Source: Octopus sinensis
Taxonomy: Eukaryota
DNA length: 64,000 nt
Assembly: GCF_006345805.1 (NCBI RefSeq)
Contig: NC_043000.1
Coordinates: forward strand, 150,102,001-150,166,000
Direction of reading: 5' to 3'
Part shown: piece after piece, positions 11,225 through 24,153 of the stretch
Numbering within the stretch: position 1 is the stretch's first letter
Layout: the number at the start of each line of letters is the position of its first letter
Position numbers and translations under genes: made by a program
The notes under the pieces: model-generated
Told to the model about the DNA's origin: nothing
What the model saw: the letters and a program-made list of their open reading frames with translations, nothing else
The model's database searches: none

Positions 11225-11377
11225 TATAATACAAATAAGAAAATGGTGAAACAAGTTTAGTTTGTTCATCAACTTTCGGATATTAGAATTTTTGTTGATT
11301 AAATAATCCAAAATTCTAATATCCGAAAGTTGATGAACAAACTAAACTTGTTTCTTTATTTTCTTATTTGTATTATA
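11225..11377. repeat. Near-perfect long inverted repeat (palindrome)
   Basis: Left arm tataatacaaataagaaaat..gaaacaagtttagtttgttcatcaactttcggatattagaatttt is complementary to the right arm ending attttcttatttgtattata. Confidence 0.9.
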
Positions 11378-11629
11378 AATTTACGGTAAAAATATTTCTT
11401 TACCTTCACCTGTTTAATACATTAAGTGAGTTAATTGCATTGCAATTAAAAACATTTATGTATTAAGAATCTAGGTACTTTACCAACAGTATATTGGATA
11501 AATACTATCCCATAGTGGGTTACACCCATAACCCCTATCTTACTTTGTATGTGTGTATATATATATATATATATACACACACCCACACCACACATACTTA
11601 CATACCATACATGCACACATGCATATAAT

Positions 11630-12015
11630 GCAGCTGTGCTTTAGAAGCTCCACTTTGCAGCACCTTGGGCAAGTGTCTTCTATTATAGACCTGGGCTGTT
11701 CAAAGCCTTGTGAGTGGATTTGGTAGGCAGAAACTGAAAGAAGCCTGTCGTATGTGTGTGTGTGTGTGTGTGCGTGCCTATGTTTGAGAATACATGATGA
11801 TTGTAAACAAGCATCTCCTTCATAAAAACAATGTTGTTCGTTTTCAGTCTTCCATGAAACACCTGTCTGGCCATGGGGTAAATATTACTTTACTTGGAAA
11901 CAGATTAGGCTTAGTGACAGGAGAGGCATCCAGCCACAGAAAATCTGTCTCAACAAATTTCACCTGACTCATGCAAGCATGGAAAAGTTGACATCAAAAG
12001 GATGACGATAATGAT
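11630..12015 (+). mobile_element. Degenerate SINE with family-A head and RTE-like 3' tail
   Basis: Head ttgggcaagtgtcttc...gaaagaagcctgtcgta. Tail aggcatccagcc...catgcaagcatggaaaagttgac...gatgac resembles the RTE terminus. Confidence 0.65.
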
Positions 12016-12841
12016 ATACCATCACCATTTTATGTCTACTTTTCAGACTAGAACGGATTGGACAGGTCATCATATCTGAATTATTTTTTATGAGGTGCCA
12101 CTTCTCCCATAGACTTGTGCCTGTAATGCCCTTTAGCATGGTTTCTGTGGCCACATCCCTTCCTATTACCAACCACTTTACATAATTTATTGAGTGCATT
12201 TTTTTGTGGCACCAACACCACAGAAGTTGAATGGTTTTTGACAAGACAGGACTAAGGCAACTTCACAACTCCATGCTTTCTATGTCCATTTTGCCAACTG
12301 TTTTGTAATAGAGAGGTTGTCTCACTAATCATTGTAGAGTGAGTATGATGGGGGGAATGTTAGTTCCATCATGGTACCAGCACAGGAGTGTACATAATAA
12401 CAGTAGAGAATACTCAGTAACATAAGATGTGTAGACCAAGGAGAGGAATAAGAGAGTGATTGATGACATTGGGGAGACCAGAAATAGCTGACTGAGTGAG
12501 GGGACAAGAGTGCAAGTGTAGAGAATACCCAGTAATCTTGGGTGTGTACATTTGCTCAAGTGGCATAGGAATTGGTGGGTAGGAGAGAGAAAGGTAGCAT
12601 TAGAAGGTCCAAAAAGAAACAAGTATGTTAGAAAAAGCAGTTATTTGGTGTGGGGTTACTATCACTGGCAATAGCAGAGATAGACAAAGGGTAGATGATG
12701 TGATAAAAGCAAGAGTAGGTGAGAGTAGTAATAGAAATGGCCTAGAGGAGAGAGAAAGAGAGAGAGTAATGGCTGGCAGTGCAGAAGGGCAAAGTTAGAG
12801 TGTATTCTGTAGAAGGTGAGCATGATCCAATGCACCCTCTC

Positions 12842-12842
<1 letters not shown>

Positions 12843-12872
<30 letters not shown>

Positions 12873-13060
12873 TGTGTACAGTGCTCAGGTGCACTACAAC
12901 TCATCTAAAGTGTATATATAATCAGGTGTAGTTTCGGCGGATTTCGGAAAGCATGAGGGCCTTAAAGGATGCAGTGTCATGGCAGTCAACAACTGACGCA
13001 GACAGTTTATTCCATGCTTCAGCAACTCTGAGTGTGAAAAAATGTTTCCGAAAGTCATAT
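12843..13060 (-). mobile_element. CR1-type LINE 3' end with (TAT)n tail
   Basis: Minus strand encodes FRKHFFTLRVAEAWNKLSASVVDC...; homologous copy at 35085. Confidence 0.75.
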
Positions 13061-13149
13061 ATAGGTTGAGTGAAGGATAAGGGAGTCAGAGCAATGAAGC
13101 CAGTACAGGAGGTGGGGAGGTGAGAGATGGAGGGCTATGAGTGATAACG

Positions 13150-14270
13150 TGATGGGCAATGGGTGTGGGTGATGAACAACAATTTGATGAGAGTGAATGT
13201 AAATGTAAGCATGGCAGAATACAAAACATTCCAGCCTCTACATGCTACTTTCATGTCAGAATACTCCTGCAGCGCTATATATATTTCTTTACTACCCACA
13301 AGGGGCTAAACATAGAGGGGACAAACAAGGACAGACAAAGGGATTAAGTCGATTATATCGACCCCAGTGCGTAACTGGTACTTTATTTATCGACCCTGAA
13401 AGGATGAAAGGCAAAGTCGCCCTCGGCGGAATTTGAACTCAGAACGTAATGGCAGATGAAATATGGCTAAGCATTTCGTCCGGCATGCTAACATTTCTGC
13501 CTGTAGCGCTATATACCACCATTCATATGGTCTTTTATCATCTCATATTTGTGATGCAGCTTCTTCAGATCAGCCTTCACTACTTCATCCCATGCCTTCC
13601 TTGGTTCCCCTCTTCAACAGGTTCCACTAACTTGAAACATTTGGCACTTCCTTGTGCTGCATATTTCCTCCATACACATCGTATATCCATATCAGTGCAG
13701 TCTTCTCTCTTGTGCACTACACCTGATTCCTCTAATACTCACTTTTTCTCTCAGCTCATTTGTACCTGGGTATTTATTGTACACCATCAACACACATCCA
13801 TCAAATTATACTTGCCTCATTTCTTTCTAGTCTTTACAAGTCTTGTGCACTCACTACTAATGACACAGTTCTAACACAAATGCCATATAACCTACCTTTC
13901 ACTCTGAGAGAGATGTTTGTTGTCAACATTTTCCAACTTGTCCTTACTTTGGCTACTATACTTTCTGAACAGCCATCTCTCCTGCTAATTATGTCACCTA
14001 GATGACATGTTATCAACTACTTCTAGTAAGCCAGCCAGGCAATTAAGAGAGTCTATTTCCATTGCGCTCTTTAGTGTATATTGCTCCAGTGCATCTGCCA
14101 CATACAAAGCTTACCTTCTCTGTTAGCCTGCCTGTATGTGAGTCCAGTATACCCCTTGAGTGTCCATAACTTATACTGTGTACAACATGAGGAGTTCCTA
14201 CACACACCTTCCTGCAAATCAAGCGAGGCCATTTCCGTGACAATACCACGGTTCTTCTTTCCTACTTGCT
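13150..14270 (-). mobile_element. Degenerate RTE LINE fragment interrupted by a SINE
   Basis: ORF-track peptide CHLGDII...ESIVAKVRTSWK...SLRVKGRLYGICVRT, homologous to 442-850. Confidence 0.8.
13283..13499 (-). mobile_element. SINE family B with 16-bp target-site duplication
   Basis: cctgcagcgctatata (13266-13281) and cctgtagcgctatata (13500-13515), one mismatch. Confidence 0.85.
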
Positions 14271-14353
14271 AACGCTTTAGTCTTTGCTAAGATTTTATTT
14301 TATTTCTTTTTACTCCCTGGATTATTTTTTAAAAACTGTACTTTTGTTTCCAG

Positions 14354-14514
14354 GACCAGATACCCCTGGAGTGCAGTCATCAGGAGAGTCTCCGAAATCA
14401 ATCTCTCCAGATGACTACAAACCAACATCTTATGCAGATCAAGATGTTCAGCACCATCAGAAACTGCAGCATCCAGAACCAGTACAGATTGTCATTAAAA
14501 ATATACGCTACCCA
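14354..14514 (+). CDS. R3HDM1/2: R3H/SUZ protein coding exon 2 (GPDTPGVQSSGESPK...IKNIRYP)
   Basis: Acceptor cttttgtttccag and donor gtaaga at 14515. 161 nt, phase 1 in, phase 0 out, no stops. Confidence 0.75.
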
Positions 14515-14858
14515 GTAAGAATATGCTTTAAATTTCTTAATGAAAAACATTACTTTTATGGATGAAAAAAGAAAAAAAAAATAACCATTCATCCTTCTGA
14601 AGAATTCTTTTGGTATGAAAAGCTACTGTAATATAACACTTTTGCATTCTCATTTCCTCTTCTTTTTTCAGCTAGAAATTAGAATATAGGTAGAAAGATG
14701 AGGGATGGAATCCAAGCATTATTAATTTAAATGTTTTACTGTATATCATTATTCAGAAGAGCATCATCATAAATAATCTTTTCAAAGAGTTTACTTCTCA
14801 TCTTCAAATGTAAGAAAATTTAATTCAAGAATGTGGATTATTTACTATTGTTTGTTGT

Positions 14859-14965
14859 GAAGGTGCATGACTCAGTGGTTAGAGCATCAGGCTCACAATC
14901 ATGAGGTAGTGAGTTCAATTTCTGGACCAGACTGCATGTTGTGTTCTTGAGCAAGACATTTTATA
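14859..14965 (+). mobile_element. tRNA-like SINE head fragment
   Basis: tgactcagtggttagagca...gagttcaatttctgg...ttgagcaagaca; degenerate A/B boxes. Confidence 0.55.
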
Positions 14966-17209
14966 ATACATATTATTTGTAAATTTTAACCACTATTAAG
15001 ATAGAAATTAGATGTTTTCTTGTCGGTTAAAGAAATTCTATTCATCCTGTCTCTCTTTTAGTGGAGTTTATTAGAAACCTACTTTAAAAAATGTTATTTT
15101 GCTAATAAATATATTACATATATATGATCTGAAACATTTATTGAAGAAAATATATATGATCCAAATTATGGGAAGCTGTGTAGATAGACTGAATAAAAAT
15201 TACTGAATAGTGAAATTTAGGAATAAAATAATTGTTAGGTAACGAAAAATAGAAAAGGCAAATGTCCAGTCATAATATTTTTGGGTTTTATTTGTTTTCA
15301 AGGTTTTGAGAGAAAGAGAAATCTATCTCAAACTTCTGGAAATTATAAAGCAAGTATGTGCTAAGGAAATAGAGAGGCTGATTAATTGATAATAATAAGC
15401 AAGGCAGAGAGGAAGTAAACTTAAAGGAATTGATATGAGAGAAAAATAAAAGGGAAAACAGTTGGTGAACATTTGGAAAAATATATATAAATTGTGAATG
15501 ATAGTGGAATAAATGTATTTAGAAAACATAAATGGTGTTGTGAACATGTACCAATATACAGGATGGTTACATATAAACACATAAACATATCACTTGCATG
15601 CATCTTTAGAATTATGTATTGGAATCATTAGACATTGGGTTTGGCCTTTTTTTTTTTGCAAGGCAATAGAGTGAAGAGTGAGAAAGATAAGTATTTGTAA
15701 TAACCATGAAATAAAACAAAGGATAATACAACTTAAATTCTGGTTGCAGGCCAAAGTTGGTGAGGACATTTTTTTTTCTACGCCCCACCCTGAGTAATTT
15801 TTAGAGACATTACATCATTTATGCAAGTGATGCATTTGTGTCTTGAATAAAATATTAAATTATACAGGCTATGAAGAGTTTTCTGTGTAGACCACTTTGA
15901 GACAGAAGGTCTTTTTGGTGCTTCACTGCCCTCGCATATTGCAAAGATGATTTTTCTTTTAAAGCTGCAATTTGTCTGTGCGGTATAGAGAATAAACAAT
16001 TTCATTTCTAAACAGTTTTCTAAACATAGTCATGTATATATTCTGTTATTTTTTTTGGTTGTCTGATCAATGTTGTATGGTGTGAAGTAAGAAACTGTTC
16101 ATGAAAGATGAAGAAATTTTCCTAAGTATGATATGCAATTAAAAATAATAAAGAATAGCAGAAAGATTTATCAAAGGCTAGGAAGAAGGTATAAGTGTAA
16201 TTGGAATAAAGGGTTCAAGAGAAATACAGCAGGAAATTAGCTTCGTTCAAATTATAATCAGAATTTTACTAATGCAGTAATGCCTTGATAAACAAGTTAA
16301 TTTGTTCCCAGAGGCCACTTGTAAAGTGAAAACTCATAAAGCAGAGCAGTAATTTCCCATAGTAGCAATGTTATAAATCATAATTTGTTCGTAGGAAAAT
16401 ATTTTACCTATGAAATTTATAATACTCATAAATAAATGTCAATAAAATAACAATAGAATGTAAAGAATATTTTATGTAAAGTAAAAAGAATGTCAAGATC
16501 ATTTATAATGTTATTATAAATGTTTTCTAAATCACTTTCACGCACACCATCTCTTCTAGACGTGATCACCGATTCACAAGCACTCATAGACAGACTTGTA
16601 GATTTCTTTTTAAAAAGCAAGTCCAGAATTGTTTGCTTAGAAGAAGCATTTTTTTTTCACTCTATAAATTTCTTGGTAATATGCAGAAGCATTTGCTTTG
16701 GTAGTAGAAACTTTTGCATTTCATTCAGAATTTGGATCTTGTGCTTGAAAAATAAAACTCGTAAAGTGAGGTATTACTGTATTTTCTTTTACCAAATTCC
16801 CAAATGATTTTTCAAAACTAGTAAACTTGTTTTCTTTAAAACTTTCCATTTAAGACATGAAGACCTTTGTAAAAATGAAAACACTGGTCATTGGAAAAAA
16901 AGAATAGTTTTTTGAATGATTAATTTTTTTTTTCAAAAATGTAATTAAGTCTATGTAGGTGACAGGGCAATTAAGTGCCAGCTGTAAAGTTGAAGCTTTA
17001 GTAGAACCGTTGAAGAAATATAGTTTAGAGATTCATTTCATCTGAATCAAATTTATGGGTTTATTGAAAAGTAAAGTGTTTGTAAAGACTATGGCATATG
17101 AAGAAGTGCAGTTTTGAAGATTTGGGCAAATGTGTGATAGAAGGACAGAATAAAAAACGACAGAAGATTGTCAAGAAATTAGAGAATATTGAGGTATTTT
17201 GAACATGGG

Positions 17210-17576
17210 AAGCACTCCATCGGTTACGACGACGAGGGTTCCGGTTGATCCGATCAACGGAACAGCCTGCTTGTGAAATTAACGTGTAAGTGGCTGAGCA
17301 CTCCACAGACACGTGTACCCTTAACGCAGTTCTCAGGGATATTCAGCGTGACACAGAGAGTGACAAGGCCGGCCCTTTGAAATACAGGTACAACAGAAAC
17401 AGGAAGTAAGAGTGAGAGAAAGTTGTGGTGAAAGAGTACAGCAGGGTTCACCACCACCCCCTGCAGGAGCCTCGTGAAGCTCTAGGTGTTTTCGCTCAAT
17501 AAACACTCGCAACGCCCGGTCTGGGAATCGAAACCGCGAGTCCGCTGCCCTAACCACTGGGCCATTGCGCCTCCAC
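17210..17576 (-). mobile_element. SINE family C
   Basis: Homologous to 8861-9240, with a short deletion in the tRNA-like head. Confidence 0.85.
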
Positions 17577-17958
17577 TATTTTGAACAAGAGTTTCCATAA
17601 AAGAAGTTTTGGTGCATCCATCTAGTCTATAGTGACAATGATTAGAATGGTTAATGAGGATTTTTCAGTTGAGATGTCTTAAGAAAACTTATTAAATGAA
17701 TACAGTAGAAATACAGAAAAATTTGTATTAATTTTGAAAACTGAGAAAAACAGCTTCTTAAAATAACTTAGAGATTTAAATAACATATGCAAAAAATATA
17801 GCTTTGTTTAATGGGACAGTTTAGGCATCAATTTATCTTTTCTCTTTTACTGGCCTGTAAATTGTTATAAGTATGATTTATATATTAAATGTATCAACTC
17901 TGAAATGTCTAATTTACAGTCTTAATACAGTCTGTTAATTTATTACTTTCTCTTACAG

Positions 17959-18093
17959 CCACTTCAAACAAAAACTAAATCTTTACGTCGCAGTGCTGCG
18001 CTATGCTGTGAAACAGATGAAGATGGATCTCCTCCCCCAGAAAACTACTCCACACACACTGGAGTTTCAAATGATTCGTTGCCACTACCTCAA
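17959..18093 (+). CDS. R3HDM1/2: R3H/SUZ protein coding exon 3 (PLQTKTKSLRRSAALCCETDEDG...LPLPQ)
   Basis: Acceptor ctttctcttacag and donor gtaaga. 135 nt, phase 0/0. LRRSAALCCE resembles the N-terminal LVRSLAVCEE motif of R3HDM/ARPP21 proteins. Confidence 0.85.
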
Positions 18094-18136
18094 GTAAGAT
18101 TTGCATCTGCTGATTGCTCTATTTTGAAACATTCTC

Positions 18137-18790
18137 TCTCTCTTTTACTCTTTACTCTCTTACTTGTTTCAGTCATTTGACTGCGGCCATGCTGGAGCAC
18201 CGCCTTTAGTCGAGCAAATCAATCCCAGGACTTATTCTTTGTAAGCCCAGTACTTATTCTATCGGTCTCTTTTGCCGAACCGCTAAGTGATGGGGACGTA
18301 AACACACCAGCATCGGTTGTCAAGCAATGCTAAGGGGACAAACACAGACACACAAACACACACACACATACATATATATACATATATACGACAGGCTTCT
18401 TTCAGTTTCCGTCTACCAAATCCACTCACAAGGCATTGGTCGGCCCGGGGCTATAGTAGAAGACACTTGCCCAAGATGCCATGCAGTGGGACTGAACCCG
18501 GAACCATGTGGTTGGTTAGCAAGCTACTTACCTATTTCTTTATTACCCACAAGGGGCTAAACATAGAGGGGGCAAACAAGGACAGACATAGGTATTAAGT
18601 CGATTACATCGACCCCAGTGCGTAACTGGTGCTTAATTTATCGACCCTGAAAGGATGAAAGGCAAAATCGACCTCGGCGTAATTTGAACTCACAACGTAA
18701 CAGCAGACGAAATACCGCAAAGCATTTCGCCCGGCGTGCTCACGCTTCTGCCAGCTCACCGCCTTCTTACCACACAGCCACTCCTGCGCC
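18137..18790 (-). mobile_element. SINE family A interrupted by a family B insertion
   Basis: Body at 18137-18531; head resumes at 18771-18790 (cacacagccactcctgcgcc). Confidence 0.9.
18532..18765 (-). mobile_element. SINE family B nested in family A, CTTAC TSD
   Basis: cttac at 18527-18531 and at 18766-18770. Confidence 0.85.
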
Positions 18791-18988
18791 TATAATATTA
18801 ATATTAGAAAATAATTACTTTAAAATTTTAACTATAAATATTTTAATTACAATAATTTCAATGTCAAATGTTGCTACCATTGTTTTTTGTTTTGCTTTTT
18901 GTAGTTTTTACTTTTCGACATAGTTCTGCCTGTTTTGCTAAATTTTGATTTATTCATGGAACTAATGTTTTTTTTTTTTTTTTTGCAG

Positions 18989-19064
18989 ACAACTGGTAGA
19001 AATAGGCTTGAAGAAGAAGGTTCACAAAGCTCAGAGGCTGGTACCTCACTGAGTTCTTCAAGAG
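18989..19064 (+). CDS. R3HDM1/2: R3H/SUZ protein coding exon 4 (TTGRNRLEEEGSQSSEAGTSLSSSR)
   Basis: Long poly-T tract plus gcag acceptor; donor G|gtaata. 76 nt, phase 0/1. Confidence 0.85.
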
Positions 19065-19552
19065 GTAATATTAACTGTTTTACTAAATTTATAAGTTATT
19101 GAAGGAGAAAATCAGATTTATCTATAGAATAACTTACAGATTGATCACATGATAGAACACAGCCTTCAGATAGAGAAGTTGACTTTATATCTATGATAAA
19201 AATCATTTAGCAGTTGTTTTTTTTAAACCTCAAATATGAATATTTCAGTAATCATAAGATTCCCCCAAAGTGAGGCTTTTAGTCGTTTAAGCTAATTAAG
19301 AGAATGGTCTGGAAACAATATTGTAGGAATGTAGTAATCAGAGATTAGAAACAACAGTATTCAGTAAGCTAAAGACTGGAGATTATTTTTTGAAAGCAAT
19401 GGGATTACAATGATAAAAAAAGCTGACAGGCTAAGCCACATCTTGGAGTTTTTATGAAATATTTGCATGAAAATTGGTAATGAAAGGAACAACTATGAGG
19501 AACAAATGAGTGTATAGTTGCTCTGAAATCACTGATATGGCTTGTAATATCT

Positions 19553-20345
19553 TCATCATCATCATCATCATACATCGATTGTCCATGCTGGCATGAGTTG
19601 GCACACTGGAATGCTGCACCAGACTCCAGTCTGATTTGGCATGGTTTTCTACAGCTGGATGCCCTTCCTAATGCCAACCACTCCAAGAGTGTAATGGGTG
19701 CTTTTATGTGCCACTGGCACAGGTACATTTCGTTTCACCAGGGTGTATTTACATGCCGCCAGCACAGGTGTCAATTTGTGTGACACCAGTATCTGCCACA
19801 ACTGCAATTTTGCTCAGCTTGATGGGTCCTCTTCTCAAGCATAACACAATGCCAAAGGTCTTGGTCATTGCCTCCGTGAGGCCCAACACTCAAAAGGAAC
19901 TCAGCCACTTTGCCTCTGTGAGGCCCAACATTTGAAAGATGTTCTTTACATGCTACCAGCACAGGTGCACTTTGCTTGACGGGTCCTCTCAAGCACATCA
20001 CATCACCTAAGGTCTCGGTCACTAGTCATTGCCTCTGTGAGGCTCAAAGTTCAAAGATCATGCTTCACCACTTCATCCCATATCTTCTTGAGTCTACCTC
20101 TACTACATGTTCCCTCCATAGATAGAGATTGGCACTTCTTTACACAGCTGTCCTTGTCCATATGTATCACATGACTATACCAGCGCAGTTGTCTTTCTTG
20201 CGCACCACATCTGATTCCTCTTAAGCCTAATTTTTCTCTCAAGAAGCTTACACTCTGTCGAACATGCACACTGACATTGCACATCCAGCAATGTATACTG
20301 GCTTCATTTCTCTCAAGCCTACGCATGTCTATTTTCAGCGTTTAT
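19553..20345 (-). mobile_element. RTE LINE 3' fragment
   Basis: (CAT)n tail on +. ORF-track peptide RRLERNEASIHCWMCNVSVHVRQSVSFLREKLGLRGIRCGAQERQLRWY. Confidence 0.85.
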
Positions 20346-21264
20346 TGTGTAGATCGAGTCTATCTACATTCAGCATAGATGGAGTCTATTTTCAGCGTTT
20401 ATTGTACCCGTGCACCTTCTGCATACAAAAGTTAGTTTCCCTGTTAATCTTCCTCTAATGTTGCTGCACCTTTTATGCATCCAAAGTTTACACTGGGTGC
20501 ATCTTATGGAGTTTCTACCTACACCTTTTCTACGGATTAAGCAGGGTCATCTACTTGAAAAAACAAAGTCATAGTAAGTAGGAAGGCAGATTCTGTGGAA
20601 CTATTCAACCCATTGTGGTATGGAAGATGGATGTTGAATGATGATGATGGTGTTTGTGTGTGTGTGTGTGTGATCATCATTTAGCATCCATTTTCCAAGC
20701 TGGCATGGGTTAGATGGTTTGACTGGAACTGGTAAGCCTGAGAGCTGCACCAGGCTCCAGTCTGTTTTGGTTTGTTTCTACGGCCTGATGCCTTTCCTAA
20801 AACCTGCTACTCCACAGAATGTACTGGGTACCTCCAGCGTGTCACTGCCACAGGTACCTTTAACTTGTAGGGTAAGGAGCAGCTAGGCTGATTAACCACC
20901 TATGGCTGCTCCTTCAAAGAAATTGGACAGATCTAAAAGCAGACCTATAACAGAGTGAGTTTCATAAGCTGAGAAGGAAGGTGAATTCCAAATAGGAATG
21001 ACTATAACTGTTTTGAGATATCACTACTGCACTTGGATAGAAAGAGAAAGAAGGAGTAGTTGATGCGTTGATTGGATCTGTTCAAGATAGTGATGTTAAA
21101 AAGAGAAGTGACACAGTGATATTTAGGATTTTTATACACAAAGATCAAGTCTCAGATTATTCATCTCAGTTCAAGAGATTGTAAATTTAGTTCAGACAGA
21201 TATGAAAAATTTGACATCCCAAATATCTGTCAAGTAAAATGTCTCTGAAATTCTATTCTCTTTC

Positions 21265-21645
21265 TCTCTCTTTTCTCTTTTACTTGTTTCAGTCATTTGA
21301 CTGCGGCCATGCTGGAGCACCGCCTTTAGTCGAGCAAATCAACCCCGGGACTTATTCTTTGTAAGCCCAGTACTTATTCTATCGGTCTCTTTTGCCGAAC
21401 CGCTAAGTGACGGGGACGTAAACACACCAGCATCGGTTGTCAAGCAATGCTAGGGGGACAAACACACACACATATATATATACATATATACAACAGGCTT
21501 CTTTCAGTTTCCGTCTTCCAAATCCACTCACAAGGCATTGGTCAGCCCGGGGCTATAGCAGAAGACACTTGCCCAAGATGCCATGCAGTGGGACTGAACC
21601 CGGAACCATGTGGTTGGTTAGCAAGCTACTTACCACACAGCCACT
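21265..21645 (-). mobile_element. SINE family A
   Basis: Reverse complement of 5224-5634. Confidence 0.9.
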
Positions 21646-22985
21646 ATTCTACTTATATTTTGAAAATAATTTGAATTCTAAATTTCTTCAGTATAATCTA
21701 ATGTAGATCTGATGTATGTTTTTCAATTAAGAACACATTGAAAATCATTCCATATATAAAATTAGCATTTTTATTTCTGTTTTTTAAGAAGCTTCCTGAA
21801 AATATATTTTAAACTTTAGATCATTTGACTAATTCTACTAATAATTAGTGAAGAATTTAAAAAAGGAAGTGACACCGTGATTATTCCTAAATCCTCAATT
21901 GCAGAAACTTGTGGAAATGGGAAGAGAATTAAATTCATTCTTCATTTATTTTTTTTAGTTTTTTAATGTAATACATTATATTTGGACGTGGCGATTTTAT
22001 ATTCTACTAAATTCACTCATTGAATAATATTCCTAAAACCATTTTTTAGATCATTTATTGTATGTTCAGGAGAAGAAATGTATAATTTAGCATCATCTTC
22101 ATGTAATTTTAAAGTAGTTGATCTGATGACTGTTGCCTTATATGATATAAATAAAAAAGGTGACAAGGCCCAAAAATCTGCCTTGGAAGTGCCATTCTTT
22201 ACTGGAAGAATTGGAGAGGAACTCTTTGATATGAAGAAATTGGGTTCTGTTAGATAATCTTCAACCCATTCTATTATTTATATGTTGAACCCATAAGATG
22301 GCATTATTTGTAGGGGGTTATTTTTGTGACTGTTAATCAAATGTTTTTGCAATATATATCTGTTGAGAAAACACTATAAAGATGATCCAGACAAGACAAT
22401 ACATGAACAAAACACATGTTGTTGAATACTAGACTGCGTGAGCTAAGATGGCTGTTTAGAAACAGAGATTCTATTTCTGCATGGACATCAAAATTACTGA
22501 ATGGAATTCAGCAAAGAAATTTTATGGTTTCTTTAATAAAATGCTTGACAGTGGAAAGGAAATTACTGCTCTTCCATCTTCTATAAATACATCCACACAT
22601 GACAACAATTCTAACTCCTTCATCATTGACAAAATTTTTTTTTTTTTAAATCAACCACCTTAATTGCTATTCACCCAATTTCTTTTTTAATTTATTTATA
22701 TATATATATTAGCAATTATTTGCTTTTACATTTCTCTCTCTTCGTTTTGTTTATTGATCTGAAGAGTAGGGAGAATCTATGAGCAAAGTGGCCCTCTTTC
22801 AAGCGGCTGTTTATCTCAATATTGTTGAGAAAATATGAACAAGGATGAATTTATAGTTGGAAGAGTGTTTGGTTTGGTTCTAAAAGATTAGACATTATTC
22901 AGTTATTGAAAAAGAAACAAAAATGTAGTAACTGCTATAACTATCTTCAATATTAGACTTTTAAAAGTATCTTTGTATATTTCAG

Positions 22986-23130
22986 ATTCCAGTGTTGACA
23001 TACCATACACTGATTCAACTGGTATAGACCTGGAAGATTTCATTAAGAAAACATTAAATAAAACACCAAAAGATAGGAAAATATTACTTAAATTAGAAAC
23101 AGACCTCATTAAATTTGTAAAAGAACCTGA
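22986..23130 (+). CDS. R3HDM1/2: R3H/SUZ protein coding exon 5 (DSSVDIPYTDSTGIDLEDFIKKTLNKTPKDRKILLKLETDLIKFVKEP)
   Basis: Acceptor tttcag and donor gtaagt. Phase 1/2. YTDSTGIDL...DR..LLKLE is the family signature preceding the R3H core. Confidence 0.95.
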
Positions 23131-23195
23131 GTAAGTATTTATATATTTCATAAAATTTGTGTTTTCTCTCTTTAATTTGACTAAGCTGTATTTAA

Positions 23196-23372
<177 letters not shown>

Positions 23373-24153
23373 TAAGTTATTTTGTATTTTTTTTTTGCTT
23401 ACTTAGAACATTCTTTTAAATATAATATTTTACTTGTTGTATTTGATCCTGGTCAACCTTGCTCATGTTGAATTGTTACAAGGAGATAATTGATCAAGCA
23501 AGTAAGTGTAACCTATGAAGCCAACATTTTAGATATTGAGGAATGTTAATCTGGGTTAAACTTCAACATATGTTTGGTATTGTAACTATAAATGTTTTCT
23601 TATTGTAGATGTCCTTTCTTATGAGTTGTTTGTTGTAAAACATTTGGCTGCTACATTAAGCAGCTTCATGGACTCATTATTTTATTAGTAATTTTCAAAG
23701 ATTTTTGTTCATGCACATTATATATGACCATTTACAAATAGATTCTTTTATCACTATAATTAAATAGATCCCTTTCAAATTTGTTAATAAGTCAAAAAAT
23801 CCAATCCTTTAGGGCTTTATAAAGCACTTTATTATACATCAAATTTACTTTGCTTCTTCAATTTATATTTTTTATATCCGCCTCCTATAATATCAGCTAC
23901 TTTCCAATATATGACAATGTTTGAAGTTATTTGGTAATCTGCAGAGGGCTTTGATAAAATGGTGGGGTGTATATTCATTTGGATAAATTCACCATTTGTT
24001 AATTCATATTTTGTTAATTGGGAAAGAGTAATTTGTAAAAAGTTACAGATAGTAATGAACTGATGAAAATGTTTAATGTGGCAATCAAATTTTCATAACT
24101 ATCAAACCATTATCAGAAATATTAAATTTTTAAATCTCTCATAGAGATATGTA

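Noticed and set aside
11225-11377. Hammerhead within the palindrome (TTGATGA and GAAAC words present)
   Set aside because: The words are in the wrong order and spacing, and no consistent stems I/III form.
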